Shown: positions 14,330 to 25,213 of the stretch, in pieces
Layout: the number at the start of each line of letters is the position of its first letter
Position numbering within the stretch: the stretch's first letter is position 1
Assembly (NCBI GenBank): GCA_964016885.1
Contig: OZ024743.1
Coordinates: 56,916,001 to 56,980,000, forward strand
Origin: Eledone cirrhosa
Taxonomy: Eukaryota
Direction of reading: 5' to 3'
Length of the DNA: 64,000 bases
Notes under the pieces: model-generated
The model's input: the letters and a program-made list of their open reading frames with translations, nothing else
Told to the model about the DNA's origin: nothing
Databases searched by the model: none
Made by a program: the position numbers and the translations under genes

Positions 14330-14678
14330 TCATCATCATCATCATCATCATTTCATTTTACGTCCGCTTTTTCCCTGCTTGCAAGGGTGGGACAGGAACT
14401 GATTCTGGCTTGATTTCTACAGCTGGATGCCCTTCCTAATACCAACCTCATTTACAGTGAGTGCTGGGTGCTTTTTTGCCGTGGCACCTCCACGACCACT
14501 TTGCAGTGGAATGATAGGGACCCCAGTCCCTATCATCTCATTTCTACAGCTGAGTAAACTGGAGCAATGTGAAATAAAGTGTCTTGCTCAAGGAAACAAC
14601 ACATCACCCGGTCTGAAAATTGAACTTTCAACCTTTCGATTGCAAGGCCAATGCTCTAACCACTAAGCCATGTGCCTC
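14330..14678 (-). mobile_element. Second, inverted copy of the composite SINE at 3795-4237
   Basis: Its reverse complement matches 3795-4010 with only about ten substitutions; ORF-track peptides 3804-4058 and 14427-14666 are near-identical. Confidence 0.9.
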
Positions 14679-15899
14679 CATTCAGTTGTAGAAACCATGT
14701 GCCTCCATTCAGTTGTAGAAACCATGTCACATTATGGAAAGTATGAACAAGATATAGTTTTCTGATGTATCTAGTTGCCAACCATGCCCAACCCATGTCT
14801 GAATGAAAAACGGACATAAAATGATGATGATATCAATGTATAGACTTCACAATCTCTATATTTTGCTACCCCAACTCCTCTGTTGTGTCTCTCCACACCC
14901 CTTCTTTGCTGTATTGTTGCAGTAAATATTGCATCATTTCAATTCAGTTATCTTTTTATTAATTTTGGAGTTGTACTTGTTTGGCAAGTGACTTCATCTA
15001 AGACCATGTGTTGAGACTACAGCAGCTACAGCATGGCGGAGTAATGAAAACTCTGAAGCTGATAAAAACTGGCCTGTCACTAAGTTTCCAGTCAGTTGCA
15101 GTAGCATTTTGTCAGTGACCAGGTTGCAGAGAGTGGGATGAAAATTTTGACACCAAGAAATAGATGATAAATGTTAAAGGAAATTAATATCTTTTGTGTA
15201 TTTTTGAATAATAGTGATTCTAACATGATATAATAGGTTTAGTTTCAACTCTTGGTCTTTGATCAGGTCACTTTCCAAACAAATATAACTCTGAAACTGT
15301 TAACTTCACTTTATATTTAGCCTTTATTTCATGGTGTTAAAATTTGTTGAACTCTGTCAATGACCAGGTCACAAACTGTGACGAAAATTTTGACACCAGG
15401 AAATAAATCATCATCATCACTGTTTAACATCCATTTTTTTCACACTAGCAAGGGTTAAATGACTTGTCCCATTGTGAGATAAACCAGGTCAGATGACAAT
15501 ATCTTGCTCATACAGAACTGATTTTGGCTTGGTTTATATGGCTGGATTCCCTTCCTAATGCTAACCACATTTACAGTGTGCTGGGTGCTTTTTGTTGTCA
15601 CCTACACGACTACTTTATTGTATGGGATGGGCGCTTTTTGTTGTGTCACCATCACAACCACTCTCCAGTGTGGGCTGGGACCTTTGGTGGGCAATATGGG
15701 TATAGGGGCGTGTTTGAGGGGTAGAGTGTCAGGACATGGGTAGGGTGTTAGGACATGGTGTGTGTATGGAAGGGGGATAGAGGTGAATGTGGTGTGTATT
15801 AGATGTATACTTCAGCCTGTGCTCATGGGAAGGTGAATCTTCTGTATTACTGCATAATGCCAGAGATCTCCATCCTGTGTCATTGTCTTTGAGAGGTGC

Positions 15900-16110
15900 A
15901 ATTGTACAAGGTCAGCTTTTATCACCTCATCTTAAGTCTTCCTGGGTTTTCCACTGCATAGCTTCCATCAACTTTGAGTGCTCTGCACCTTTTTATACAG
16001 CTATCATCCTTCATATGCATCACATGTCCATACCAGCACAATCTCCTCTCCTGTAAAGTGAAGCTAACAGTTTTTTGTGTGTTTGAATGTCTAAAATAAC
16101 TCTCTTCCAT
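15900..16110 (-). mobile_element. Degraded RTE LINE 3' fragment
   Basis: QERRLCWYGHVMHMKDDSCIKRC, same family as 18951-19439. Confidence 0.75.
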
Positions 16111-16148
16111 AATGTAATTGCTATTTGTATCAAATTTTCTATTTCCAG

Positions 16149-16192
16149 ATAATAAAATTCGCCGAAGAAGCCAGTACGATCTTCATCACCAT
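16149..16192 (+). CDS. CCNY: Cyclin Y coding exon B (44-nt small exon)
   Basis: Acceptor ttttctatttccAG and donor GTaaat. Reads (N)NKIRRRSQYDLHHH, similar to VREKRKSLFINHH of vertebrate CCNY. It converts phase 1 (exon A) to phase 0 (exon C), exactly as required. Confidence 0.8.
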
Positions 16193-17605
16193 GTAAATAT
16201 GTTTCCTACTTGTATTAACTCTTAATGTCCTGTACCACATGAAACCACATTAGCAAGACATTAAAAAGCCAAAAAATGGCAGTATGACTGCATCACATTA
16301 TAAATTGAACTTTTTACTGTAATACTGCACATTTTTACAATGATCTGCCCACTAATAAAGATACTGTAAACATTTGAATTAACAAACCTATTTTTATATA
16401 TTATCTGCTAAATCATTAGAGGCTGTTAAGAAGTAACCTACTCTCACCAATCTTTATATATAATCTGCTGACCATTGTTACAGATCAAAGACTGTTGATA
16501 GTTAATTACTCAGTAATAAGATCAACAGGATAGTCTCAACAGTTAATTAACCTTGTAGGTGTTGTCAATTGTGATTCATGGCCTCTCTTCTCATATAAAA
16601 GTGCATGGCCTAGTTGTTAGTGTGATGGACTCATGATCATAACATTGTGGGTTTGTTTCTTGGACCAGGTGGTACTATATGTTCTTGATCAAGATACTTC
16701 ATTCATCCAGCCCACACTGTAAAGTGGTCATGACAAAAAGCACCCAGCACACACTGTAAATGTGGTTGGCATTAGGAAAGGCATCTAGCCATAGAAACCT
16801 AGCCAGAAACTGTTCTGTATGAGCAAGATATAGTCACCTGACCTGCCTTGCCCCTAATGGAACAACCCATCTAACCCATGCTAGCATGGAAAATGGACAT
16901 TAAATGATAATGATGATGATATGACTGGGAGCCCTATCATTAAAACATAAAAAAAACTTGCTATGCTTTGCAACCTCATAATAGGTTAACTAAAACTGCA
17001 TAGGTGTGATCTGTAAATATTGATCATGAAACATGAAGACACGTAAATTAATGGTTAGGGTGCTGGACTTGTGAACATAAGGTTGTAGGTTCAGTTCCTA
17101 CACCAGATGGTGTGTTCTTGAACAAAATGTAGTATTTCATGTTGGTTTTTATAAGATTGGGGGCCACATCATTAACATACCTGAGAAACCTCCAATGAGA
17201 TGTAACCTCATAAGAGGCCAGGTAAACCTGCATAGGTGTGAATTGTAAATTATTTTTTTCATTTCATTGAAATTATATAAACTAAACAAAGGGTTCGAAG
17301 GACTTTTCAGTTATATCAAGGGAACACCAATTTCCCTAGTGCTAGTGCCATGATAAACATACACTCAGTATACTCTGTGAAGTGATTGGTAATCCAGCTA
17401 TAGAAACCATGCCAAAAGCTCCAATAAACCGTTTTGATACCAAACTGCCTAAAACTACTCCCGGTTCAATGATACAAAACTGTTTATATTTATCTAAAAA
17501 CCTTCCATCATAATTTTATATAAGAACCTTTAAGTGATGTTCCAAACACCAGCTTAATAAGGAGAATGTTTGTTATAAAATTTTTGTTATGTTCCAAACA
17601 CCAGC

Positions 17606-17809
17606 TTAACCCTTTAGCATTTACATTACTCTATATATACTATTGTATTTCATGGTAAAGGTTGTATCTCACATAATATCCAATCTATGAGATTTTGATA
17701 TTATTTTGAGAACGATACTTGAACATCAGTATGAGTGGCCAGTTACAGCCGGTTTGAACAGAAAGAGAAATCTGGCCGGATATGGTCGGTTTAAATGCTA
17801 AAGGGTTAA
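17606..17809. mobile_element. TTAA-flanked (piggyBac-like) MITE; sister copy at 25280-25433
   Basis: TTAA-ccctttagcatt ... aatgctaaaggg-TTAA terminal inverted repeats in both copies. Confidence 0.75.
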
Positions 17810-18052
17810 TAATGAGAATGTTAGATATTTTACTAAATCTTTCTAAATTCGTGATTATTTTCAAAATCATTTGAAAATCACAGCCAAAGTCTTTCATTAG
17901 AAATATGGTAATGAAAGGATTAAATGATAATTAGTTCTCTGATGACCCATCCAACCAATGCCGCCAGCATAGAAGAATCGATGTTAAATGATGATGATGA
18001 TGATAACTTGTTACTGTCGATATTTTCTAAACCAGATGTTCTTATTTTCCAG

Positions 18053-18262
18053 AATTCAGAATATGGTCAGTTGAAAAAGTTCAGTTCCTGTTCTACAATT
18101 TTTATTGATGATTCAACCGTCAGCCAGCCTCACCTGAAGAATACGATCAAGGCTGTGGCACTGGCCATTTACTTTCACATTAAAAATCGTGACCGCAGTG
18201 GCCAGACTAACAATGGAGCTCGTTACTTAGATATCTTCGACGAGAAACTACATCCTTTGTCT
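18053..18262 (+). CDS. CCNY: Cyclin Y coding exon C (210 nt)
   Basis: cttattttccAG ... GTaagt. Reads [70 protein letters not shown], containing the cyclin Y motifs [15 protein letters not shown] and DIFDE.LHPLS. Confidence 0.97.
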
Positions 18263-18931
18263 GTAAGTGAAAGCCAGGATTTTGTTTACTGTCTGTCTTT
18301 ATTATTTTTTAATTTTTCTTTCTGTTCCCCCACCTTATTGAATCAGCTGCAGCTGATATATTTGGCTCTGTCCTGTCTGTGCATCTCTACTTAAGATGTT
18401 GCTTACTGACCAACTTTAAACATGGCTTTTAGATTTCCATCTGGACACAGCATTGTTTCTGCACATTCTTTTGTTCCTCTCATAGCGTCAATAATAGAAG
18501 AAAAAAAAAACAAAAGAAAAACACACGAAAAAACAAAAACAAAACCCAAACAAACTATAAAATTAGTTCCACCAAACAAGTTGTTGTCAGCTTGTTTGAA
18601 CCTGTTCTGACCAGATTTTCTATGTTTTCTGGTTGGCTATGTATATATTTTTTTAACGTTTCTGTTAGTTTAGTGAACTGTTCAAGACATAATAGTTCAA
18701 GAAAATTAGTTTCTCTCTCAAACATTAATTTCCAAGTAAAATATTTAAAAATAACTCTTTTTATTCCTCTTTCTCTGACAGAAACAAATAAATAAACAAT
18801 ATTTCCATTCCTTTTCAGGATTATGTCAATTGGTTTTGATCATTATTATTTCTCATTTGAGTGACCTTCTCATTTTTTTTCCTCTCTATTTTTCATTCTT
18901 CACTTAAATATATTTAAAGATGACACAAATA

Positions 18932-19575
18932 CATCATCATCATCATCATTTTACGTCCACTTTTCCCTGCTTGCAAGGGTGGGACGGGTCCTATTCAGCA
19001 CAGCATCTCTCCACTTGCCATGGGCCTTCGTCATCTCCTCCGTGAGTTTCAGCAATCTGAGGTCTGCTCTCACCACCTCCGCCCATGTTTTACGTGATCT
19101 ACTTCTTCTGCGTCTTCCTTCTACTGGGATGTCTTGGCACTTCTTTACCCAGCGGTCATCCTCCATGCGCATCACATGTCCATACCATCTTAGTCTTCTC
19201 TCCTGCACACCACAACTTATCCCTCTTAAACCCAGTTTCTTTCTCAACTCATCTATGCTTGGTCGTTCATGCACATTGACATTGCACATCCAATGGAGCA
19301 CGCTTGCTTCATTTCTCTCCAGCTGTCGCATATCTTCTGCAGTCGCTGCCCATTTCTCACTACCATGCAGCATCGCACATCTCACACAGGCATCATATAA
19401 CCGTCCTTTCGTATGCAGGGAGAAACCCTTCTTTGTCAACAGAGGAAGCAGCTCCCTAAACTTCTTCCAACCCGTCCTTATTCTAGATACTATGGCCTCG
19501 GAACACCCCCTCCCATGCTAATCTGATCACCTAGGTACTGGAAGCTATCAACCACTTCTATAGAACCCACCTGCA
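18932..19575 (-). mobile_element. 5'-truncated RTE-clade LINE (RT C-terminus and 3' tail), antisense in a CCNY intron
   Basis: VVDSFQYLGD, KGRLYDACVRCAMLHGSEKW and RRLRWYGHVMRM motifs; ends in ggacgtaaaa(tga)n. Confidence 0.9.
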
Positions 19576-21283
19576 TTGGAAAAATGTTGATAATTTTATT
19601 GCTGGTTTAAAATAGGTGCCCTATACTCCTCTCTGTAGTAAGAAGTAACTAAAAGGGGTGATGTAAGAAAGGGCATCCAGCTGTAAAACATAGCCTCAAA
19701 AATTCTTGTCTAACCTATAACAGCATAAAAAGGTTGACATGAAAACGATGATGATGTCATGAAAGATGCACTTAGTACACTCTGTAAAGTGGTTGGTGTT
19801 AGGAATAGTGCCATCTCTAATGTTTTTTTTTTAGTTAGATATATTTATAGATACCACAAATGCATGTTGTTTATAATTTTATAGCTGGTGCTATGGGAAA
19901 TGCACTCAATACACTCTTTAAAGTGGTTGGCATTAGAAACCATGTCATACAAAGAGTTGAGAGGACTCGAGTTGTGTCTAGGACACGACAACCTCCCTAG
20001 TACTGGTGCCATGATAAAATACACCTTATACATTGTGTAAAGTTGTTCATGTTAGGAAGAGCATCCAGCTGTAAAGACCATGCTAAACAAAGGGTTGAGA
20101 GGACTTCAGTTGTGTCAAGAATATAACAACCTCCCAAATGTTGGTGCCATGATGAAATACACCATGTACACTCTGTAAAGTTGTTGGTGTTAGGAAGAGC
20201 ATCCAGCTTTAAAAATCATGCCACACAATCTGTCTAATCCATGTCAATGTGGAAAAATTGATGTTAAATCATGATGATAATGATGATGGTATTTAACCCC
20301 TTTGAAACCAAACAGCCTAAACCCTTTCAAGACTGCATTCCTAATGAAATACACTTTATTTTAATTAATTAATGAAGAATTTTGAGGGATTTACCAAAAT
20401 TATTACTAAATGTAAGGTTCTTATATGAAATTATGTTGGAAGATTTTAATTTAAATTCGAAACATTTAAAATGGGTGGTATAATTTAATAGAACCAGAGC
20501 CAGTTTTAGTCGGGTTAGTAAGATAGTAACTTAATGTAGGGTTCTTATATAAAATTATGTTGGAAGATTTTAATTTAAATTGGAAACATTTAAAGTGGGT
20601 AGTTTCATTTCATAGAATCAGAGTTAGTTTTGGCAGGGTTGGTATCTAAAGGGTTAAACCACCCTTAGTTCTATGATAGAAAACTTTTAAATTTATAGTG
20701 TTTATCTAAAAACTTTGTCATAAGTTAACCTAACCCTTCTTAAGTTATACTGCAAACAGCCAGTAAATAATGAGTAACTTAGTTATATTACTTACTAACC
20801 ATCATCATCATTTTATGCCTGCTTTCCATGCTGGCATGGGTTAGACAGGGTTATCACAGTCTGAGACCAGATGGGTTGGATCAACCCATCTTGCTCATAC
20901 ACTTCATATTTAGAATGGTTTCTATAGCTGGATAGCATCCCTAACACCAACCAACTCACATGGTGTACTGGGTGCATTTTTTTCATGGTATCTCCACTAC
21001 TGCTTTACAGGGTGTACTGGGTGTGTGTTTTTTTGTGGAACCAACAGCACTTTACAAGATGTATTGGATACATTTTATCATGGCACCAGTACTAGAGAGG
21101 TTGTTGCATGTTCATTTAGAACAAAGGGTCCTCTCAAACCCCATATTTTTGCCATTCAGATCTGTTCAAATTTTTGCTTTGAAAATTATAGGCAGTACTA
21201 TTTTTTAAAAATTAAAAATAAAAAATTAAAAATATGGTAATAAAAGGGTTAACTCTGTTTTTTGTTTGTTTTTATTTCTGCAG

Positions 21284-21403
21284 AAAGAAGCTGTACCCAG
21301 TGATTATGACAAAAGAGATCCTGAACACAAAAGTATTTATCGGTTTGTGCGAACACTTTTTACAGCTGCACAGTTGACTGCTGAATGTGCTATAGTTACA
21401 TTG
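21284..21403 (+). CDS. CCNY: Cyclin Y coding exon D (120 nt), start of cyclin box
   Basis: tttatttctgcAG ... GTaagt. Reads [40 protein letters not shown]. Confidence 0.97.
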
Positions 21404-21673
21404 GTAAGTGGTTCAAATATTGTAAATGTATAAAACAACGTTTACTATTGTACGAGGAGGTGCTGAAAAGTTTCTGGCTTTGGGTAATTTTAGCATCAGT
21501 TAATTATGGAGGATCAGTTAATTATGATTTTATTCAACAAATTCTCCTCTCAAATTCATACGCTTATTGCAGCAATCCTACCTCCCTTGTAAATATATAT
21601 ATATGTGTGTGTATCCTGGATTCAATTGGAGGTAACCACAATAAGTAAGGTACTCAAGCACAGCAGAGTATAA

Positions 21674-21804
21674 ATATTTAATATAGAAATGGTTTCTACA
21701 GGACTAGAACTGTTTCATTCGAAGAAAATCATCAGGAGATCCCTGATGATTTCCTTCGAATTAAACAGTTCTCATCCTGTAGAAGCCATTTCTATATTAA
21801 ATAT
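21674..21804. repeat. ~130-bp palindrome with a hammerhead-like core in each arm
   Basis: Arms of ~63 nt are reverse complements around ~21739. Minus arm reads CTGATGA-ttttcttcgaat-GAAA-CAG..CTG-TA. Confidence 0.8.
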
Positions 21805-22192
21805 ATATATATATGTGTGTATGTGTTGCTGCTAATTACTAAGGTGCAAATCCATAAGAGTTGCATTGCAATGTCTAATTGATAAATAGGAGTAAGCAGG
21901 TTAAAGCACTCCACATCAGTTGGATATATCCAGCATTACAATAGCAAGCAAACGTGATGGAGTTTCTTTGTATGAATTAATGCTAAGGCATATATTATGG
22001 TTGCACAATCGTATTTATTGTATAATACATATATCAGTGACACCAGTGTACAGCCATTATGCAACCAATACAACCGGTAAGATTTGCATGATGACTGCAA
22101 ACTGGTGCCACTGACATATGTATTATGCAATAAATATGTTTATGTAATCATAACATCTGTCTTAACATTAATTCATACAAATATGTGTGTGC

Positions 22193-22236
<44 letters not shown>

Positions 22237-22476
22237 AAAAAATGATTGCCATCTACTTACATGTAAGTATATGTAAGTATATAATTTTTTGATTTTATAA
22301 TAAATGCTCAGATTTATTCCTAGAGCTGGAATTATAGGTGATATGGTGCTTGTCTGAAAAACTTTTTTTTAAGACTTGACATTCTTATTATTGTTAGTAA
22401 TATATATATATATATATATTAGAAAATGTTCTTTTTACAAAATGAAAAAAAACGAGATGTCCTACACGAGTGAAAG

Positions 22477-22974
22477 TATAAGGAAAAAAGGTGAAATCGA
22501 AAATGCAACTAGTCTTTTTAAGAATATTTATTTGGTTCTTTTACCGGTTTCGCAGTACTTGTGCTTTTCAAAAGTAGAATTGAGATGGAGGGTTTGTGGT
22601 TTTTCTCTGGTTGGTGTTCGAATGTTACTTCTGTTTTATATGGAAAAAGGTGGCTCGAAATGCTAGGTTTTTAGAAAAGTAATTTGGTTGGTTGATGACT
22701 GTCATGTGAATAAGTATAATAAATTTCACTTATTCACATGACAGTCATCAACCAACCAAATTACTTTTAAAAACCTAGCATTTCGAGCCACTTTTTCTAT
22801 ATAAAACAGAAGTAACATTTGAACACCAACCAGATGCGAGAAAAACCACAAACCCTCCATCTCAATTCTACTTTGAAAAGCACAAGAACTGCGAAACCGG
22901 TAAAGGAACCAAATAAATATTCTTAAAAAGACTCACTATAGTTGCATTTTCGATTTCATCCTTTTTCCTTATAT
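22477..22974. repeat. ~500-bp palindrome (~240-bp arms, 12-nt spacer 22716-22727), probably inverted Penelope-type pLTR fragments
   Basis: Arms are reverse complements with few indels; each carries a hammerhead-like motif; abuts (TA)n. Confidence 0.9.
22536..22579 (-). ncRNA. Candidate minimal type I hammerhead ribozyme, U3-A8 core variant (mirror copy 22866-22908 on +)
   Basis: ttct-ac-tt TTGAAAA GCA-caagtac-TGC GAAA C-cg-G TA aa-agaa. Stem II is 3 bp, stem III is the palindrome ACCGGT, the cleavage triplet is GUA, and stem I is bulged. Confidence 0.55.
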
Positions 22975-23260
22975 ATATATATATATATATGTGCACTTTT
23001 TGTGTTGTCATAGAGAAGATGTGAAACACTGTATGCTAATTTTTTCTAACATAAATAGAGACTAGAAACATGAGACTAGAAATTTGATCCTAGTACTTTA
23101 CTTGTACTTTATTTTATTAGACTTGAAAGGATCAAAGTCAAAGTTGACCTTAGCAGGATTGGAACATAAAGAGCTGTAACTAAATGTCACAATTCTGCCA
23201 ATCCTCTGTCCTTGTAATATATGATGATAATGATGATGATGATCTATGTATATATTACAG

Positions 23261-23427
23261 GTTTACCTTGAGAGACTTCTGACATATGCTGAGATGGATA
23301 TCAGTCCTTCCAATTGGAAGAGAATTGTTTTGGGAGCTATATTGTTGGCCTCCAAAGTCTGGGATGACCAAGCTGTATGGAATGTGGATTACTGCCAAAT
23401 ATTGAAAGATATTCAAGTTGAAGAAAT
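23261..23427 (+). CDS. CCNY: Cyclin Y coding exon E (167 nt), cyclin box
   Basis: tattacAG ... GTatgt. Reads [55 protein letters not shown](M), near-identical to metazoan CCNY. Confidence 0.98.
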
Positions 23428-23759
23428 GTATGTCATATCGACCTTTTTCTTATTCTTGTATTCTTTTACTGGTTTCTGTCATTAGACAGTGGCCATACTG
23501 GAGCACTGCTTCGAAGGTTTTAGTAGACTGTATTAACCTTGTTACTTATTTTTTCAAGTTCGGTGCCTGTTGTATTGATTCCATTTCTGAGAGAGAGAGA
23601 GATCATTGGTCAATCTGAGGATGTAGTAGAAGACACTTGCCCAAGGTTCCTTGCAGTTGGAGTGACCCTAAATATATGTAGTTGACCTTAACCACACTGC
23701 CATGTCTGCACCTAATTCAACATTTTTCTTTTTACATGGTAGATCTGGAGGAAGGGACA

Positions 23760-24990
23760 GTGTCTTTGGCCTTCACAGGCCCTCATAGACAGTGGTTTAT
23801 GTTTTGTTTAAATTGATGTAGGTACTCCTTTAGGAAAGACATGAACAGGGAGGGGTTTCCAAATGGTCAACATTTTCAGCTGGAAGAACTGGGTATAATG
23901 GGTAGTGTGGGGCCTCGTTGGACACAGCATGGGTGATAGAAGAAGAAACACATGAATCTGGAGTGTCTGAATGGAGGTGGCATAAGTCTAGCAATCCCCA
24001 AGGAGCGCAGGCTATTGTAGTATTGGTAGGAGATGCAGTGAGAAGAGACAGGGAGTGATTTTAAACAGATTAGCCGAGTGGCTTCTTTTCTGATTGCAGT
24101 CTAGGATGTTATTGTGAACAGCAGCAGCATTACCTCATATGTAGGAGCAGTACTCCATTGAGCATTGCATCTGAGCCTTGTAAAAGTCATTAGTTGTTGG
24201 GGGCTGAAATATTTTCTGGTTCTGAAAGGAAGGGCCATTTGTTGTGATGCAGATCTTAGCTATGTTGAGGATGTGTGTTCGCTTTGATAGATACTCTATG
24301 ATTGTGTGGCATAGAATTTAGAGCAAGGGTCGGATTTAAATGGGGGGAGCAAAGGGAGGGGGGTAATCGCCCTGGCCCCCTACAGGGAGGGGGGGGGGCA
24401 TCAACAATAGCAGTAGCAATTTTATTTGTACCCTCAGTTGGCCTTTTTAGTTTTAGGATGGTTAGAATTTTTGAATTTATTACCTGTATAACTTTCAATT
24501 CCAATTACTTGCGCCAATCTAACTTTGATATGTAAAATTTGGGGGCTTGCTGGTGTATTCTAATTGTTTGTGTATGAGGGGCCCCTCCCAAACCTGAAGT
24601 GCCTCTGGCCCCCCCCAAGGTCTACTTCCAACCCTGTGTGGAGCAATTGCAAGAGTTCTAGTTATGTGCTTTTCATGCTTAAAGGGACTGAAGTGCAATG
24701 ATGTTTTCATGAGATGAGCTGTATTTTTGTTTTTTGCTGTTAAAAGAGAAGAGGATGACATGACCCCATTGAAGGATGCTTTCTAGGACTCTGCTCATGG
24801 AATCAGTGCTGGCTTAGTTTGATGTGTTAAGATTCATGTGGATGACACTTGGTTGGGGAAGGGTGGTGTCATCTGTGTAAGAGTTGGCATTGTTGAATGT
24901 GATGACAAGTAAGTCATTGATGTAGAGAAGGAAGAGTGGGTGGGATGGGACAAAACCGAACCCTGGAGCACACCAGAGTTGATAGAATTT
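23760..24990 (-). mobile_element. Degenerate CR1/L2/Jockey-group LINE RT fragment
   Basis: Minus strand around 24900-24975 gives GVLQGSVLS..PTLFLLYINDLL (RT motif). Heavily decayed; boundaries approximate. Confidence 0.6.
24323..24635. mobile_element. GC-rich hAT-like MITE nested in the LINE fragment
   Basis: Ends aagggtcggattta / tacttccaaccctg, with a possible degenerate 8-bp TSD (tttagagc/tgtggagc). Confidence 0.45.
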
Positions 24991-25050
24991 GGGACAGGGA
25001 GAGCATTGTCATTTACAAATATATAAGATTTTTTATATATTTCTGTTTAG

Positions 25051-25213
25051 GAATGAACTAGAAAGATTGTTTCTGGAAATGCTGCAGTTTAACATAAACG
25101 TACCATCAAGTGTGTATGCCAAGTACTACTTTGACCTCCGAGCCCTGGCAGATGCACATGAACTCTCTTTCCCTTTGGAAGCTCTTAGTAAGGAGCGAGC
25201 ACTTAAGTTAGAG
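25051..25213 (+). CDS. CCNY: Cyclin Y coding exon F (163 nt)
   Basis: ttctgtttAG ... GTatgt. Completes the split ATG and reads [54 protein letters not shown]. Confidence 0.98.

Noticed and set aside
18979-19521. 180-aa + strand ORF
   Set aside because: It is the antisense shadow of the RTE ORF on the minus strand.
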